Source: a bacterium (GTDB taxonomy: Bacteria; Zhuqueibacterota; Zhuqueibacteria; Oceanimicrobiales; Oceanimicrobiaceae). Taken from it: a stretch of 64,000 nucleotides of DNA. The notes beneath the pieces are model-generated. The model was given only the letters and a program-made list of their open reading frames with translations. It did not search any database and had not been told where the DNA came from. The position numbers were made by a program, and so were the translations under genes. Positions 19,807 through 30,106 of the stretch are shown here, one piece after another (position 1 is the first letter of the stretch; the number at the start of each line of letters is the position of its first letter). The stretch is from assembly GCA_037446635.1 (NCBI GenBank), contig JBBIIG010000001.1, positions 228,752 through 292,751 of the forward strand. The letters are read 5' to 3'.

Positions 19807-21021
19807 CTACTTCTGCGCCGCGTAATCCAGTGTCTGCTGCCAGACGCGCAGCACGTTGCCGCTGAGAATTTTTTCGATATTGGTTTCGGAGTAGCCGCGC
19901 TTGAGGAGATGATAAATTAGCTTCGGGTAATCGGCTGCGGATTTTAAATCTTTTGGCAGCGAATCGCCCACGCCGTCGAAATCAGAGCCGAGGCCCACGT
20001 GATCGATACCGGCGATTTTCACCACATGATCGATGTGAGCCACCACATCTGCAATGGTGGCATAGGGATAAGGATTTTGCTTTTTATATTCATCCATCTC
20101 GGTTTTCACGCGATGATCCCTTTCGTCCGCGATGCCGCGGCTGGACATAAATTGCTTGCGGTGCGCCCAATATTTGTTGTCGTATTTATTGGCCGTCTCG
20201 GTCAAAAATGACGAGCCAAAATTGATTTGAATCACCCCGCCCTTCTGCGCCAGCGCCCGCAGCATGTCGTCATCCACGTTGCGTTCCCAGCCGGGCGTGA
20301 AGTGACGGCAACTGGAGTGCGAGCAAATCGGCGGCGTTTTGGACAACCGCAGTACTTGATAAAATGTTGAATCCGAAACGTGCGAAATATCCACCATGAT
20401 CCCGACGCGGTTCATCTCCGCCACCACCTTTTTGCCAAATGAACTCAAACCGTTCCAGCCTTTGTCAGGATCATAAGAGGAATCACAAATGAGATTTTTT
20501 TTGCCGTGGGTCAGCGTGATATAACGAATTCCGTTTTCAAAAAAATATTTCACATTCTTCAGATCATCTTCGATGGCCGAGCCGTTTTCCATTCCATACG
20601 GCAGCGAAATTAAGCCTTTGGCAAAATTATTTTTTACATCCGCGGGGGTGAGTGCGCTGGCAAATTTATCCGGATGCTTCGCGATGATGCTATCCATCAT
20701 AGCGATTAATTTCTCGGCGTGTCTTTTGGAGGCGCCGGGCGTCTGCTGATATGACGCCGGAATAAAAATGGACATGAACGGCGCGTCCAGCCCTCCTTCT
20801 TTGGCGCGCGGGTAATCGAAATCGCCTTTGGCGGTCTTTTGCGAAATGTCCTCCATTTCTTCGAGTAAACGGTAGGGAACATCAACATGACCATCTAAAA
20901 TGATGGTGGAAGCTGCAATCCGCCGGGCGCGGGCGTAAAGTTCCGGATCGTAACCCGCGGGAGTTTTATCGCTGTTCGTACTCATCATTACCGCAATAAG
21001 AATTAAGTTGATGGCGATCAC
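19807..21021 (-). CDS. membrane dipeptidase (peptidase M19)
   Basis: DGHVD, GMENG, YITLTH, VDISH, SHS, GLGSDFDG. Confidence 0.93.
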   Translation of the reverse strand: MIAINLILIAVMMSTNSDKTPAGYDPELYARARRIAASTIILDGHVDVPYRLLEEMEDISQKTAKGDFDYPRAKEGGLDAPFMSIFIPASYQQTPGASKRHAEKLIAMMDSIIAKHPDKFASALTPADVKNNFAKGLISLPYGMENGSAIEDDLKNVKYFFENGIRYITLTHGKKNLICDSSYDPDKGWNGLSSFGKKVVAEMNRVGIMVDISHVSDSTFYQVLRLSKTPPICSHSSCRHFTPGWERNVDDDMLRALAQKGGVIQINFGSSFLTETANKYDNKYWAHRKQFMSSRGIADERDHRVKTEMDEYKKQNPYPYATIADVVAHIDHVVKIAGIDHVGLGSDFDGVGDSLPKDLKSAADYPKLIYHLLKRGYSETNIEKILSGNVLRVWQQTLDYAAQK

Positions 21022-21048
21022 GTTTACCCTCCGGTTTGTTTTGCAATT

Positions 21049-22650
21049 CTAATTCTCGTCGATGAAATCGTTGTTGATTTTTCGATCCACCTTCGGCCGC
21101 GTCTCGCGGTTGGCGACCTTCCAGCCAGTGAGATAAACCAGCCGAGCGATGCGCGCCATTTTGTTGAAATTGATTTTATCGACCGTATCGGTGACTTTGT
21201 GATAATCTTCGTGCACCCCGGAAAAATAAAAGATGATCGGGATGCCGCGCCGGGCGTAGTTGTAGTGATCGCTGCGATAATAAAAGCGATTGGGGTCGCT
21301 TTCCGTGTTGTAGGTGTAATCGAAATTCAGCCCAATCATCTCGTTGGCCGCGAGGTTGATTTGATGCAGCTCCTGCGACAGAAAATCCGAGCCGATGATG
21401 TAAACCGAGTTGGAGTCGTTGCGGCCGATCATGTCCATGTTCAATTGTGCCACAGTGTTTTGCAGCGGCACCAGCGGATGCTCAGTATAATACCGCGAGC
21501 CGAGCAATCCCTTTTCCTCCCCGGTGTGTGAGATAAAAATCAAGCTGCGTTTGGGCCGCTCGGGATTTTTGGCAAAGGCGCGGGCAATTTCTAACATCGC
21601 GGTGGTGCCGCTGCCGTCGTCATCGGCGCCGTTAAACACGTCGCCGCTGTCATCGATGCCCACGTGATCGTAGTGGGCGCCAAACGCCACCACCTCATTT
21701 TTCAAAACCGGCTCTGCGCCTTCGAGATAGGCCACCACATTTTGAGTGATTTTGGTTTCCGTTTGAACCTTCAAATTCAGCGTCACTTGCGTCTTCTTGA
21801 TTTCAAACGACTGCGGCGCTTGTTTCTCCAAGATTTTTGCGCGCAGCGACTCCACCGTCCAACCGCTGCTGGCAAGCAGTGAATTGGCGAGCGTACTGGT
21901 AACGTAAAGCAGCGGCAAATCATCCGCATCGTCCGCGAGTTTGACGCTCACACGATTGAACCAGCGCCGCGCCAGCGGGTCTGTGCGAGACACGAGCCGG
22001 TCGTTAATAATCAACAGCGCGGCGGCGCCGACTTTCTTCGCAGCAGCCGATTTCGTCCGGCCATCACGAAACGTTGGCGGAGCAATAAAAAATTTTTTGA
22101 CGCCGGAGGAATCCTGGAACTTCGGCGTTCCTGAAAACATCAACAAAATTTTACCCGCGCAGTCAACGGCTTCGAAATCATCATATTTCCGGCTGTCGTC
22201 GGTGAATCCAAAACCGGCGAACACCACCGGCGCAGTTATCGAGCGGTCCTCCCGCAGGTGGCCGACCGCCGCAAAATCTCTGGATATCGAAAAAACGGTT
22301 GGCCTGTTTTTATCGGCCGAAGAAACGATCAAGTTGGTCAGACTGTCAAATCGGCTCTCACGAATGAAGAAGCTTTGAAACATAGAATTCTGGCCGGGCG
22401 GCGGCGTGAGTCCCGCCAGACGATACTGGGCCTCCAAAAATTTCGCGGCGATGTTTAAGCCGCGATGCCCGGTGTCCCTCCCCTCCAATTCATCCGCTGC
22501 CAGAAAGCTCAGGATCGCCTTCATAGACTCCGGTTGAATGGCGTCGAAACCGGGGCGCGCGGCATCGGGGACGGGCGTGGTTGCAATAAGCAAAAGGCTG
22601 CACGTCAAAACGACAGCCGTGAGGGAACGAGTCATCATGCCTTTCTTCAT
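21049..22650 (-). CDS. peptidase M28 with PA domain, secreted
   Basis: LEGRDTG, GAHYDHVG, NGADDDGSG, GEEKGLLGS, NMDMIGR, RSDH, HEDYH; start taken at MKKGMM. Confidence 0.92.
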   Translation of the reverse strand: MKKGMMTRSLTAVVLTCSLLLIATTPVPDAARPGFDAIQPESMKAILSFLAADELEGRDTGHRGLNIAAKFLEAQYRLAGLTPPPGQNSMFQSFFIRESRFDSLTNLIVSSADKNRPTVFSISRDFAAVGHLREDRSITAPVVFAGFGFTDDSRKYDDFEAVDCAGKILLMFSGTPKFQDSSGVKKFFIAPPTFRDGRTKSAAAKKVGAAALLIINDRLVSRTDPLARRWFNRVSVKLADDADDLPLLYVTSTLANSLLASSGWTVESLRAKILEKQAPQSFEIKKTQVTLNLKVQTETKITQNVVAYLEGAEPVLKNEVVAFGAHYDHVGIDDSGDVFNGADDDGSGTTAMLEIARAFAKNPERPKRSLIFISHTGEEKGLLGSRYYTEHPLVPLQNTVAQLNMDMIGRNDSNSVYIIGSDFLSQELHQINLAANEMIGLNFDYTYNTESDPNRFYYRSDHYNYARRGIPIIFYFSGVHEDYHKVTDTVDKINFNKMARIARLVYLTGWKVANRETRPKVDRKINNDFIDEN

Positions 22651-22738
22651 ACAAACCTTTCTTCTGAGATCTCTGTTTGTAAAAATATTCAACCGCCGGC
22701 GGCAATTCAATCGGGACGAAATAATCGGCATCGGGGTA

Positions 22739-24028
22739 TCACACCCGCAAATTCTCCCGCACTTCTTTGTCTTTACTCACCCGCCAGATTTTAGAATCGA
22801 GATAATAATGCTGCATCGCCCAGCCTAACAAAAATGCCGCAAAGATGCGCTCGCCCAAATGCAGCTCCGCCGGCTTCTGAACCCCAGCCATCATGCCCAG
22901 CGAATTCAAGACTACCTGATCCAATTTCAACCCGGTGAGATTTTGCAGCCAGTCGATCCACGGCCCGCGATAAAAAATCAAGGTGAACAGAAGGCCGACC
23001 ATTGCATACACCGCAAAATTTTTGAAAAGTGTTTTCACCCAACGATAACTGCGCTCGGTTTTGTTTTTATACTTGTTTTGTGCAAACGAATAGACAATAC
23101 AGTGATATTGAATGTTATGACCAATGGTCACCAGCGGCACGATGAATACCGCCATGATCGGATGACTGAACGCCACGAAATGCAGCGGCACAATCAACAG
23201 CATGTAGAGCAACTTGCTGCCGTTCAAAATCTGGCCATCGCGCCAGAGTTTGATCTGAAACGCAATGTAACCGGTAATCGTGACGAGATACAGAGCCCAA
23301 GTCAGCGGATATACCACTGAGCCGATGCTGACATTCCCGATCAGCGGCGTCCGCAAGCCGAGGTCCGGGAAACCGGGGGTGCGGGCATAAAACGGACTGG
23401 CCATGAACATCGCCAGCGGCAGGTAAAGACTCAGGTTGAAAAACCAGTAATCGATTTTGTTGGTGAGATCGCCGTAGTCGTTGGCCTTGCGTTTGTAAAG
23501 CGCAAAAAATCCCCAGTGCTGTCGCACGACGTGATAGTAGGCCCACAAGCGGAAGAAAACAAAAAAGAGAATTCCACCTCCAGCCAAAGTAGCTTCCGAA
23601 AAAGTGACACCGAGACGCTTACTGAAACTGCCAAACGCGTAGGGCAAAACGATGGCAATCGGTCCGACGAAAAACCACAGAAACGAGCGGCGGATTTCCC
23701 GGCCGCGCACCCGCCATTCATCCGGATCGAAGAGCGTGCGGCCGAGCGTTGCCCACACATGCGGCGCATCCAATAGCAGCGCCCAGCTTAAAACCACCAG
23801 CAAATACAAATTCAACGTGATGGTTTGCCCGCCAATTTGAATGATGGAAAACGCATCGTTGAGCGGATCATCCAGCGTGCGAATCGCAAGCCAAATCACA
23901 CCGACGTACAGCCAGCCCGCCAATGTCGAGCCAATATAAAACAGCAAATCTTTCTGCGGACTCAAAATCCACGTGAAGCGAATGCGACTCGAAATATAAT
24001 TGGGGAATGCGACGTTCAGTTCGGCCAT
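22739..24028 (-). CDS. polytopic membrane protein with conserved His motifs, unknown function
   Basis: Many TM segments; PHVWAT, YHVVRQHWG, HNIQYH, HYYLD. Confidence 0.8.
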   Translation of the reverse strand: MAELNVAFPNYISSRIRFTWILSPQKDLLFYIGSTLAGWLYVGVIWLAIRTLDDPLNDAFSIIQIGGQTITLNLYLLVVLSWALLLDAPHVWATLGRTLFDPDEWRVRGREIRRSFLWFFVGPIAIVLPYAFGSFSKRLGVTFSEATLAGGGILFFVFFRLWAYYHVVRQHWGFFALYKRKANDYGDLTNKIDYWFFNLSLYLPLAMFMASPFYARTPGFPDLGLRTPLIGNVSIGSVVYPLTWALYLVTITGYIAFQIKLWRDGQILNGSKLLYMLLIVPLHFVAFSHPIMAVFIVPLVTIGHNIQYHCIVYSFAQNKYKNKTERSYRWVKTLFKNFAVYAMVGLLFTLIFYRGPWIDWLQNLTGLKLDQVVLNSLGMMAGVQKPAELHLGERIFAAFLLGWAMQHYYLDSKIWRVSKDKEVRENLRV

Positions 24029-24225
24029 GCGCGAAAATAATTGTTCGACTTTAAAAATGCAAGCAGAGATTTTTGGCATGAAAAAAACAATTACGGGGAT
24101 TGATAAGCAAAATGGGGTTAGAACTGCTTGAAAGCACAGCAACGCTACTGATGAGAAAATCGGATCAACAGAGATATCAGTTTTCGGGCAATCCGCGTTC
24201 TACACCATCTTTTCAAAAGAAACTA

Positions 24226-25539
24226 TCACAGCTTGCGAAAAACCTGCGCGACGGCCTCAACCGTGTTTGCTACATCCCCCTCCGAATGAGCCAGCGAAAC
24301 GAACGCTGCCTCAAACTGCGACGGCGCAAAATAGCTGGCGCCTGCCCGCCCAGAGCCTAAGGCAGACGGGCGGCTCAGCATTTCGTGGAAGAATTTGGCG
24401 TAACGTTGGGTGTCGGCAGTTTTGGCGGTGGGCCAATCCACTACAGTTTCGGAAGTAAAAAACATTCCTAACATCGAGCCGACGCGGGTTTGGAAAATCG
24501 GCACACCGGCAGACTCGGCGGCTTGTTTAATGCCATCAGCCAATTGGCTGGCGAGTTTTTCGAGTTTGGGATAAGTGTCCGGCTGTTTCAAAATTTTCAG
24601 TGTGGCGATGCCGGCGGTCATGGCCACCGGATTCCCCGCAAGTGTGCCAGCCTGATAAACCGGCCCCACCGGCGCAATGAGCTGCATAATCTCTTTGCGT
24701 CCGCCGTACGCGCCCACCGGCAATCCCCCGCCGATGATTTTGCCGAGACAGGTGAGGTCGGGCATGATGCTGTACAACTGCTGAGCGCCGCCGTACGCTA
24801 CCCGAAAGCCGGTAATGATTTCATCGAAAATCAATAGCGAATTATGAGCCTGCGTAATCTCGCGCAGACCTTCGAGGAATCCGGGTTGCGGCAGCACGAC
24901 GCCCATGTTGCCCGCCACCGGCTCGACAATCACGCCGGCAATCTCATTCGGAAATTTTTCGAAAAGTTGGCGGACGGAATCGAGATCGTTGTAGCGCGCC
25001 ACGAGGGTATCCCCCACCGCGGTTTTGGGCACGCCCGGACTATCCGGCAGTCCCAACGTGACCACACCGGATCCCGCTTGCACCAGCAGCATGTCCGCGT
25101 GACCATGATAGCACCCCTCGAATTTGATGATCTTGTCGCGTTTGGTGTACGCGCGTGCCAGCCGCAGTGCGCTCATGGTGGCCTCGGTGCCGGAGTTCAC
25201 AAACCGCACCATCTCGATGGACGGCACGGCCTCCACCACCATCTGCGCCAACTCCACTTCTACTTCGGTGGGCGCGCCGTAACTGGTACCGTTGCGAAGG
25301 GCGCGAGTCACGGCTTCAGTCACTTCCGGATGGGCGTGGCCGAGGATCATTGGTCCCCACGAGCAGACGTAGTCGGTGTAGCGGTTGCCATCGACATCAA
25401 ACAGATACGGCCCCTCGGCGCGAGCGATGAACCGCGGCACGCCGCCCACAGCTTTGAAAGCGCGCACCGGACTATTGACGCCACCGGGGAGAAGCTCTTG
25501 GGCGCGAGTGAAGAGTTTTTCGGAGTTTTGGGTTTTCAT
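24226..25539 (-). CDS. hemL: glutamate-1-semialdehyde 2,1-aminomutase
   Basis: [52 protein letters not shown]. Confidence 0.97.
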   Translation of the reverse strand: MKTQNSEKLFTRAQELLPGGVNSPVRAFKAVGGVPRFIARAEGPYLFDVDGNRYTDYVCSWGPMILGHAHPEVTEAVTRALRNGTSYGAPTEVEVELAQMVVEAVPSIEMVRFVNSGTEATMSALRLARAYTKRDKIIKFEGCYHGHADMLLVQAGSGVVTLGLPDSPGVPKTAVGDTLVARYNDLDSVRQLFEKFPNEIAGVIVEPVAGNMGVVLPQPGFLEGLREITQAHNSLLIFDEIITGFRVAYGGAQQLYSIMPDLTCLGKIIGGGLPVGAYGGRKEIMQLIAPVGPVYQAGTLAGNPVAMTAGIATLKILKQPDTYPKLEKLASQLADGIKQAAESAGVPIFQTRVGSMLGMFFTSETVVDWPTAKTADTQRYAKFFHEMLSRPSALGSGRAGASYFAPSQFEAAFVSLAHSEGDVANTVEAVAQVFRKL

Positions 25540-25620
25540 TGGTATTCTACCTTCGACTTGTTCAGAAATCTTTGAAAGAACAGGCATAGGCAGCCCGCTG
25601 AAAACTGGCTTTCATAGATC

Positions 25621-26019
25621 TCACCAAAGATAAGTCAAGCCATGCTTTGAGTATTCTTTGATTTCGCTATCTTTTGAAATCAGTCTGAGTTTTTCGTTTA
25701 TTGCCTGCCAAATGATGAGTCGGTCAAACGGATCTTTATGCTTGAGTTTTGGAAGATTGTGGAAGGAAGCCGCTTGATGTTCGGATATTTGTAGAGTCTC
25801 GATTCCTACCTCTTTTGCTTTTTCGGGTAGATCATCCGGGGAGATGCCTTTCAATGCCAGTTTTCCAATTGCGAACTGTAGAGAAATTTCCCAAAACGTA
25901 ATGACGCTCACATAGATTTCATTCTCAGGATTTCTGATTGCATCTTGAACCTTATTTGAGAGCCGTTCATCCTCAAACAGAGTCCAAAGAAAGGCATGGG
26001 TATCGAGCAGATATCTCAT
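25621..26019 (-). CDS. vapC: VapC/PIN-domain toxin
   Basis: LLDTHAFLW, S...WEI, HKDPFDRLII. Confidence 0.92.
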   Translation of the reverse strand: MRYLLDTHAFLWTLFEDERLSNKVQDAIRNPENEIYVSVITFWEISLQFAIGKLALKGISPDDLPEKAKEVGIETLQISEHQAASFHNLPKLKHKDPFDRLIIWQAINEKLRLISKDSEIKEYSKHGLTYLW

Positions 26020-26255
26020 GACTCAAAGAGTTCTTGTTCGGTCATTTTGAAACCATCTTTGAGTTCAAAAGTCGCCTTTCCCTTCAAAATACCCAACGGG
26101 CGTTCGCTCTTTCTTATATATTTTTCGTAAGGCACAATGATGGCAATCTTGTCACTCGTTTTGTTTTTACTGACAATGATTTCTTCGCCGTTTTTTACCA
26201 TTTCAAAAACTTTTGCGAAATTGTTTTTGATTTGCGAATAAGTTATGGTCTTCAT
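26016..26255 (-). CDS. Phd/YefM-family antitoxin
   Basis: MKTITYSQIKNNFAKVFEMVKNGEEIIV; 4-nt overlap with vapC. Confidence 0.88.
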   Translation of the reverse strand: MKTITYSQIKNNFAKVFEMVKNGEEIIVSKNKTSDKIAIIVPYEKYIRKSERPLGILKGKATFELKDGFKMTEQELFES

Positions 26256-26330
26256 TTGTTAAATCCCGTTTGACAATTCAAGTAGTAGAATCTAATCCTG
26301 AGAATCAAATAAAACAACGGAAAAATAGCG

Positions 26331-26446
26331 CCCCAGTCTATCCTCAGGCACTTCGCCGCATCCTTTGCATGATACGTCAAAAATCACATCCGCGCCGGCG
26401 CGTTTGAATTTCCAGCGCGATGGCCTGCACGTTGATCCTGCCGTTT
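26331..26446 (-). pseudogene. degenerate duplicate of the hemB 3' end
   Basis: cacttcgccgcatcctttgcatgatacgtcaaaaatcacatccgcgccggcgcgtttga closely matches 27319-27376, followed by further patchy similarity to about 27425. Confidence 0.85.
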
Positions 26447-26463
26447 CCACGCTTAAAACAATA

Positions 26464-27285
26464 TCAACCATGATGATGATTTTCGTCCTTTGGCTTCGGT
26501 TTTCGATAAAATCTTAGATTAAAGTTATCTTCGATTGCTTCTTTCAATCTTTCTGGACAACAAAACGACAAACATGGTGTACCCAAACCTAAACTTAATC
26601 CACCGCGCCAAAGTAATTCTTTGTCATCTTCTGTTACAAAAACCTGTGATTGTTTGCAAAGCGCAGCAAGTACTAACTCAAAATCTTCGTTTGGCATTAA
26701 AGAGTTTTTTGCAAGCTCCTGTTCGTATATAAATCCTTTTTTCATATACCAGTCTGATCCAAAAACTTTAATATATTCGAGGATGGAAACCCGATGTTTT
26801 CTTAACAAATCGTCAATCAGAGTGAACACGGATTTCAGTCCTTTTTTCCATTCTACAAACAGCCTTTGCATGTCAAGATAGTGTAAAGCCTCTTTAGTGT
26901 GAGACTTGTTAATGAATTTATCAATGTTTTGCTGACTTGATTCGAAGAAGTCCCAGCCTTGCCACTCCTCACATAAATTATACCAATAATAGGAATTACC
27001 AATCTCATCAATATTGGGTTCTTTCTTGAATAGTCTTTGCCCAATATCATTTATTTCTTTGGAAATTAATTTCTTTAGAGGGTGGTTTTTATTTGAGCTT
27101 TTATCTTTAGTTGTACCCTTAACCATTGAGTATAATTCATAGACACATTTTCGAAATGTCACAACCTTGAATTTGGATTCTCTCAAAGTATCGAGAACCT
27201 CAAGTCCTTTACTAGACTCACCAACGATGTGTGCGAGTACGTTCGTATCAATAAAAGCGCTTTTTTCGGTAGGATACATTACCAT
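26464..27285 (-). CDS. AT-rich PIN-like domain protein with large insertion
   Basis: AFIDTNVL..VYEL at the N-terminus and NEDFELV..FVTEDD at the C-terminus match the PIN acidic-residue pattern; start uncertain. Confidence 0.65.
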   Translation of the reverse strand: MVMYPTEKSAFIDTNVLAHIVGESSKGLEVLDTLRESKFKVVTFRKCVYELYSMVKGTTKDKSSNKNHPLKKLISKEINDIGQRLFKKEPNIDEIGNSYYWYNLCEEWQGWDFFESSQQNIDKFINKSHTKEALHYLDMQRLFVEWKKGLKSVFTLIDDLLRKHRVSILEYIKVFGSDWYMKKGFIYEQELAKNSLMPNEDFELVLAALCKQSQVFVTEDDKELLWRGGLSLGLGTPCLSFCCPERLKEAIEDNFNLRFYRKPKPKDENHHHG

Positions 27286-27308
27286 TTGTTGTACATCTAA
27301 TGGTTCCA

Positions 27309-28280
27309 TCACCCCAGCCACTTCGCCGCATCCTTTGCGTGATAGGTCAAAATCACATCGGCGCCGGCGCGTTTGATGGACGTGAGAATTTCCAGCGTGA
27401 TACCCTGCTCGTTTATCCAGCCGTTTTGCGCCGCGGCTTTCACCATTGAGTACTCGCCGCTGACGTTGTATGCCGCGAGCGGCAAATCAAATCGCTCCTT
27501 CACCCGGCGAATCACATCGAGAAAGGCCAGCGCCGGTTTCACCATCAACATATCCGCGCCTTCCTTCACATCCAGCTCCGCTTCGCGCAACGCCTCGCGC
27601 ACGTTGGCGGGATCCATTTGATGCGTGCGGCGGTCGCCAAACTTCGGCGCGGACTCCGCGGCGTCGCGGAACGGACCGTAAAAACTGGAGGCGTATTTCA
27701 CCGCGTAACTCAAAATGGGAACTTTGTCAAATCCGGCTTTGTCGAGGCCATCGCGGATGGCGCCCACCATGCCATCGAGCATGCCGGAGGGCGCGACGAT
27801 ATCCGCGCCGGCGTGGGCGTGCGAGGTCGCCTGCTTCGCCAGCAGCGGCAACGTGACATCGTTGTCCACGGTTTGATCTTTGATCACGCCGCAGTGGCCG
27901 TGGTCAGTGTACTCGCAAAAACAGACATCGGTGATGACGAGGATGCCCGACACCGTTTCCTTCACCGCGCGCACCGCCTGCTGAATGATGCCGTTGTCGT
28001 TGTAGGAATCGGAGCCGTATGCATCCTTCGATTTCGGAATGCCAAACAGCATAATGGCCGGGATGCCGAGCGACTTGGCTTCCTCGACTTCCTTCACAAG
28101 ATTGTCGATGGAAAGCTGATACTGACCGGGCATCGAGGCGATAGGCTTTTTGGCTTTCGCCTCGTGGGTCACAAACAAAGGATAGATGAAATCATCCACG
28201 GAGAGTTTGGTTTCGCGCACCATGCGCCGAATCTCGGCGGTGCCACGCAAACGACGAGGACGGATGTGGGGTTTATGCAT
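27309..28280 (-). CDS. hemB: porphobilinogen synthase
   Basis: [47 protein letters not shown]. Confidence 0.98.
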   Translation of the reverse strand: MHKPHIRPRRLRGTAEIRRMVRETKLSVDDFIYPLFVTHEAKAKKPIASMPGQYQLSIDNLVKEVEEAKSLGIPAIMLFGIPKSKDAYGSDSYNDNGIIQQAVRAVKETVSGILVITDVCFCEYTDHGHCGVIKDQTVDNDVTLPLLAKQATSHAHAGADIVAPSGMLDGMVGAIRDGLDKAGFDKVPILSYAVKYASSFYGPFRDAAESAPKFGDRRTHQMDPANVREALREAELDVKEGADMLMVKPALAFLDVIRRVKERFDLPLAAYNVSGEYSMVKAAAQNGWINEQGITLEILTSIKRAGADVILTYHAKDAAKWLG

Positions 28281-28305
28281 AGCGCACCTTTCTGATTAAA
28301 AATTG

Positions 28306-28436
28306 GACGTAGATTTCGCAGCTGAACGCAGATTAAATTTTTTTGCCACGGATTCGCACGGAGGAAACACAGATTTTTTTTATTGAGATATTCGAACTAC
28401 ATTGCATCCGTGGGCATCTGTGTCAATCAGTGGTTT
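28306..28436. repeat. intergenic element of CACGGA/CACAGA short repeats and their complements
   Basis: gccacggattcgcacggaggaaacacagatt ... atccgtgggcatctgtgtcaatcagtgg. Confidence 0.65.
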
Positions 28437-28442
28437 AATCTT

Positions 28443-29864
28443 TTAATTGCTATATGAATCAGCGGTTGCTGAAACCGTCGTCGGCTTTTTGCAAAACGCT
28501 GCCACCTTTTCAGCAACCCCTTCCGACTGCACGATGCAATCTCCCACGGAAATTCCGCCGCGGAAATTGCCGGAGATGAAAATTCCCGGATGATTGCGCT
28601 CAAAATTTTCGGCGGCTTCGATGCGCTGCTGGTGTCCCAACTCATATTGCGGAATCGCTTTCTCCCAACGCTTGATTTTCACGATGTCCGGCTGTCCCGC
28701 GAGTCCCATAATTTCGCGCAGATCGTTTTGCACTAATTTCAAGAGTTCATCATCGTCTCGACTCACCAACTCCGGCTGACGCATGCCGCCAACAAATGTA
28801 GTTAATGCAATGCCGCCCTCCGGCGCGCGATTCGGAAAAATGGTCGAGCTCCAAATCGTGCCGAGGAGGTTGCGCTTCTCGACTTTCGGCACGAGAAATC
28901 CGAAGCCGTCGAGGGGCCGGCAAGGCGGCTGCTTTTTGAATCCTAAGAATACCATTGCCACCGGAGGATAAACAATTTCGTGGAGTTTTTCGGAAAGCGT
29001 CGAGTCGAATGGTTGCAGCAAACTTGCTGTGACGTACGCCGGAGTGGTGAAGATCACACTTTTCGCCGTCACGATTTTCGACTGGCCGGCTTGGGTGTAT
29101 TCGACTCTCCACGAATCATCATTTCGGTAAATTCTTTTGATTTCAGTTTTGGTTTGAATATTCTCGCGCAGATTCTTTTTCAAACCTTCCACCAATTCGG
29201 CCATGCCGTTTTGAAAAGAGAAAAGTTGGGCGCGAGTTTTGTCGGTCTCCGTGCGTTTCTTCCGCTCCTTCGCCCCTTTGATGGCGCCTTTGATCAAGCT
29301 GCCATAATTTTTTTCGAGGGCATAAATTTTGGCCACGGCGCTGCGCACGCTCAGCCGCTCCGGATCGCCGGCATAAACTCCGGCCACAAACGGATTGATG
29401 GCGTAATCGAGAAATTCCTGTCCGAGCCGGCGTTTCACAAATTCGGCAATGGTTTCTTCTTTGTCCGCCGGCGCGGGAGAAATGAACGGCTCGGCGAACA
29501 ATCGCAGCTTGGCTTTCCACGAAAACAATTTTGATTTGAGAAACTGCGGCGGATTCATGGGCAGGGGCTGCAGCACGCCACCGCGCAAAACATATCGGCG
29601 ACTTGCCGAGGCATTGGCGTTGACGCGACTCTCCTCCACTCCGACGGCTTTGATGAATCCGCGAATTTTGGGCGAAGTGTCGAGCGTGCTGTTGGGACCG
29701 TAGTCGATGAGAAAGCCATCGTGCTGCTCGCTCAAAATGGCGCCGCCGATGTGATCGGATTTTTCGAGGACCAAAATTTCGAAGCCGCTGCGCTGGAGGC
29801 GAAAGGCGGTGGCGAGTCCGGAGATACCGGCACCGATGATGAGGGTATCTTTTTCGAGGGTCAT
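28443..29864 (-). CDS. hemY: HemY-type (proto/coproporphyrinogen) oxidase
   Basis: IIGAGISGL FAD motif, GPNS, GVYAGDP, GFGFLVP, AIPQY..GH. Confidence 0.95.
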   Translation of the reverse strand: MTLEKDTLIIGAGISGLATAFRLQRSGFEILVLEKSDHIGGAILSEQHDGFLIDYGPNSTLDTSPKIRGFIKAVGVEESRVNANASASRRYVLRGGVLQPLPMNPPQFLKSKLFSWKAKLRLFAEPFISPAPADKEETIAEFVKRRLGQEFLDYAINPFVAGVYAGDPERLSVRSAVAKIYALEKNYGSLIKGAIKGAKERKKRTETDKTRAQLFSFQNGMAELVEGLKKNLRENIQTKTEIKRIYRNDDSWRVEYTQAGQSKIVTAKSVIFTTPAYVTASLLQPFDSTLSEKLHEIVYPPVAMVFLGFKKQPPCRPLDGFGFLVPKVEKRNLLGTIWSSTIFPNRAPEGGIALTTFVGGMRQPELVSRDDDELLKLVQNDLREIMGLAGQPDIVKIKRWEKAIPQYELGHQQRIEAAENFERNHPGIFISGNFRGGISVGDCIVQSEGVAEKVAAFCKKPTTVSATADSYSN

Positions 29865-29948
29865 TTGCTTTGATTCAAATTTGCCACAAAGGCACAGAGG
29901 TCACCGAGTAAAACACCATTCTTGTTAACCAGTAGAAGGCCCATGAAA

Positions 29949-30089
29949 TGCCATTTCGAGCGAAGCGAGAAATCTGACGGAGAATAGAGTCAGCGATTAC
30001 GCTCATAGTTGATTTGATCAAGGGACGATCTGATTGCCGCCAGATTTCTCACCTCGACAAAAGCAAAAGCGTCGAGGTTCGAAATGACA
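29949..30089. repeat. MITE/RPE-like palindromic intergenic element
   Basis: TGCCATTTCGAGCGAAGCGAGAAATCTG ... CAGATTTCTC ACCTCGAC..GTCGAGGT TCGAAATGACA nested inverted repeats. Confidence 0.75.
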
Positions 30090-30106
30090 ATTTCCAATGG
30101 TCATTA

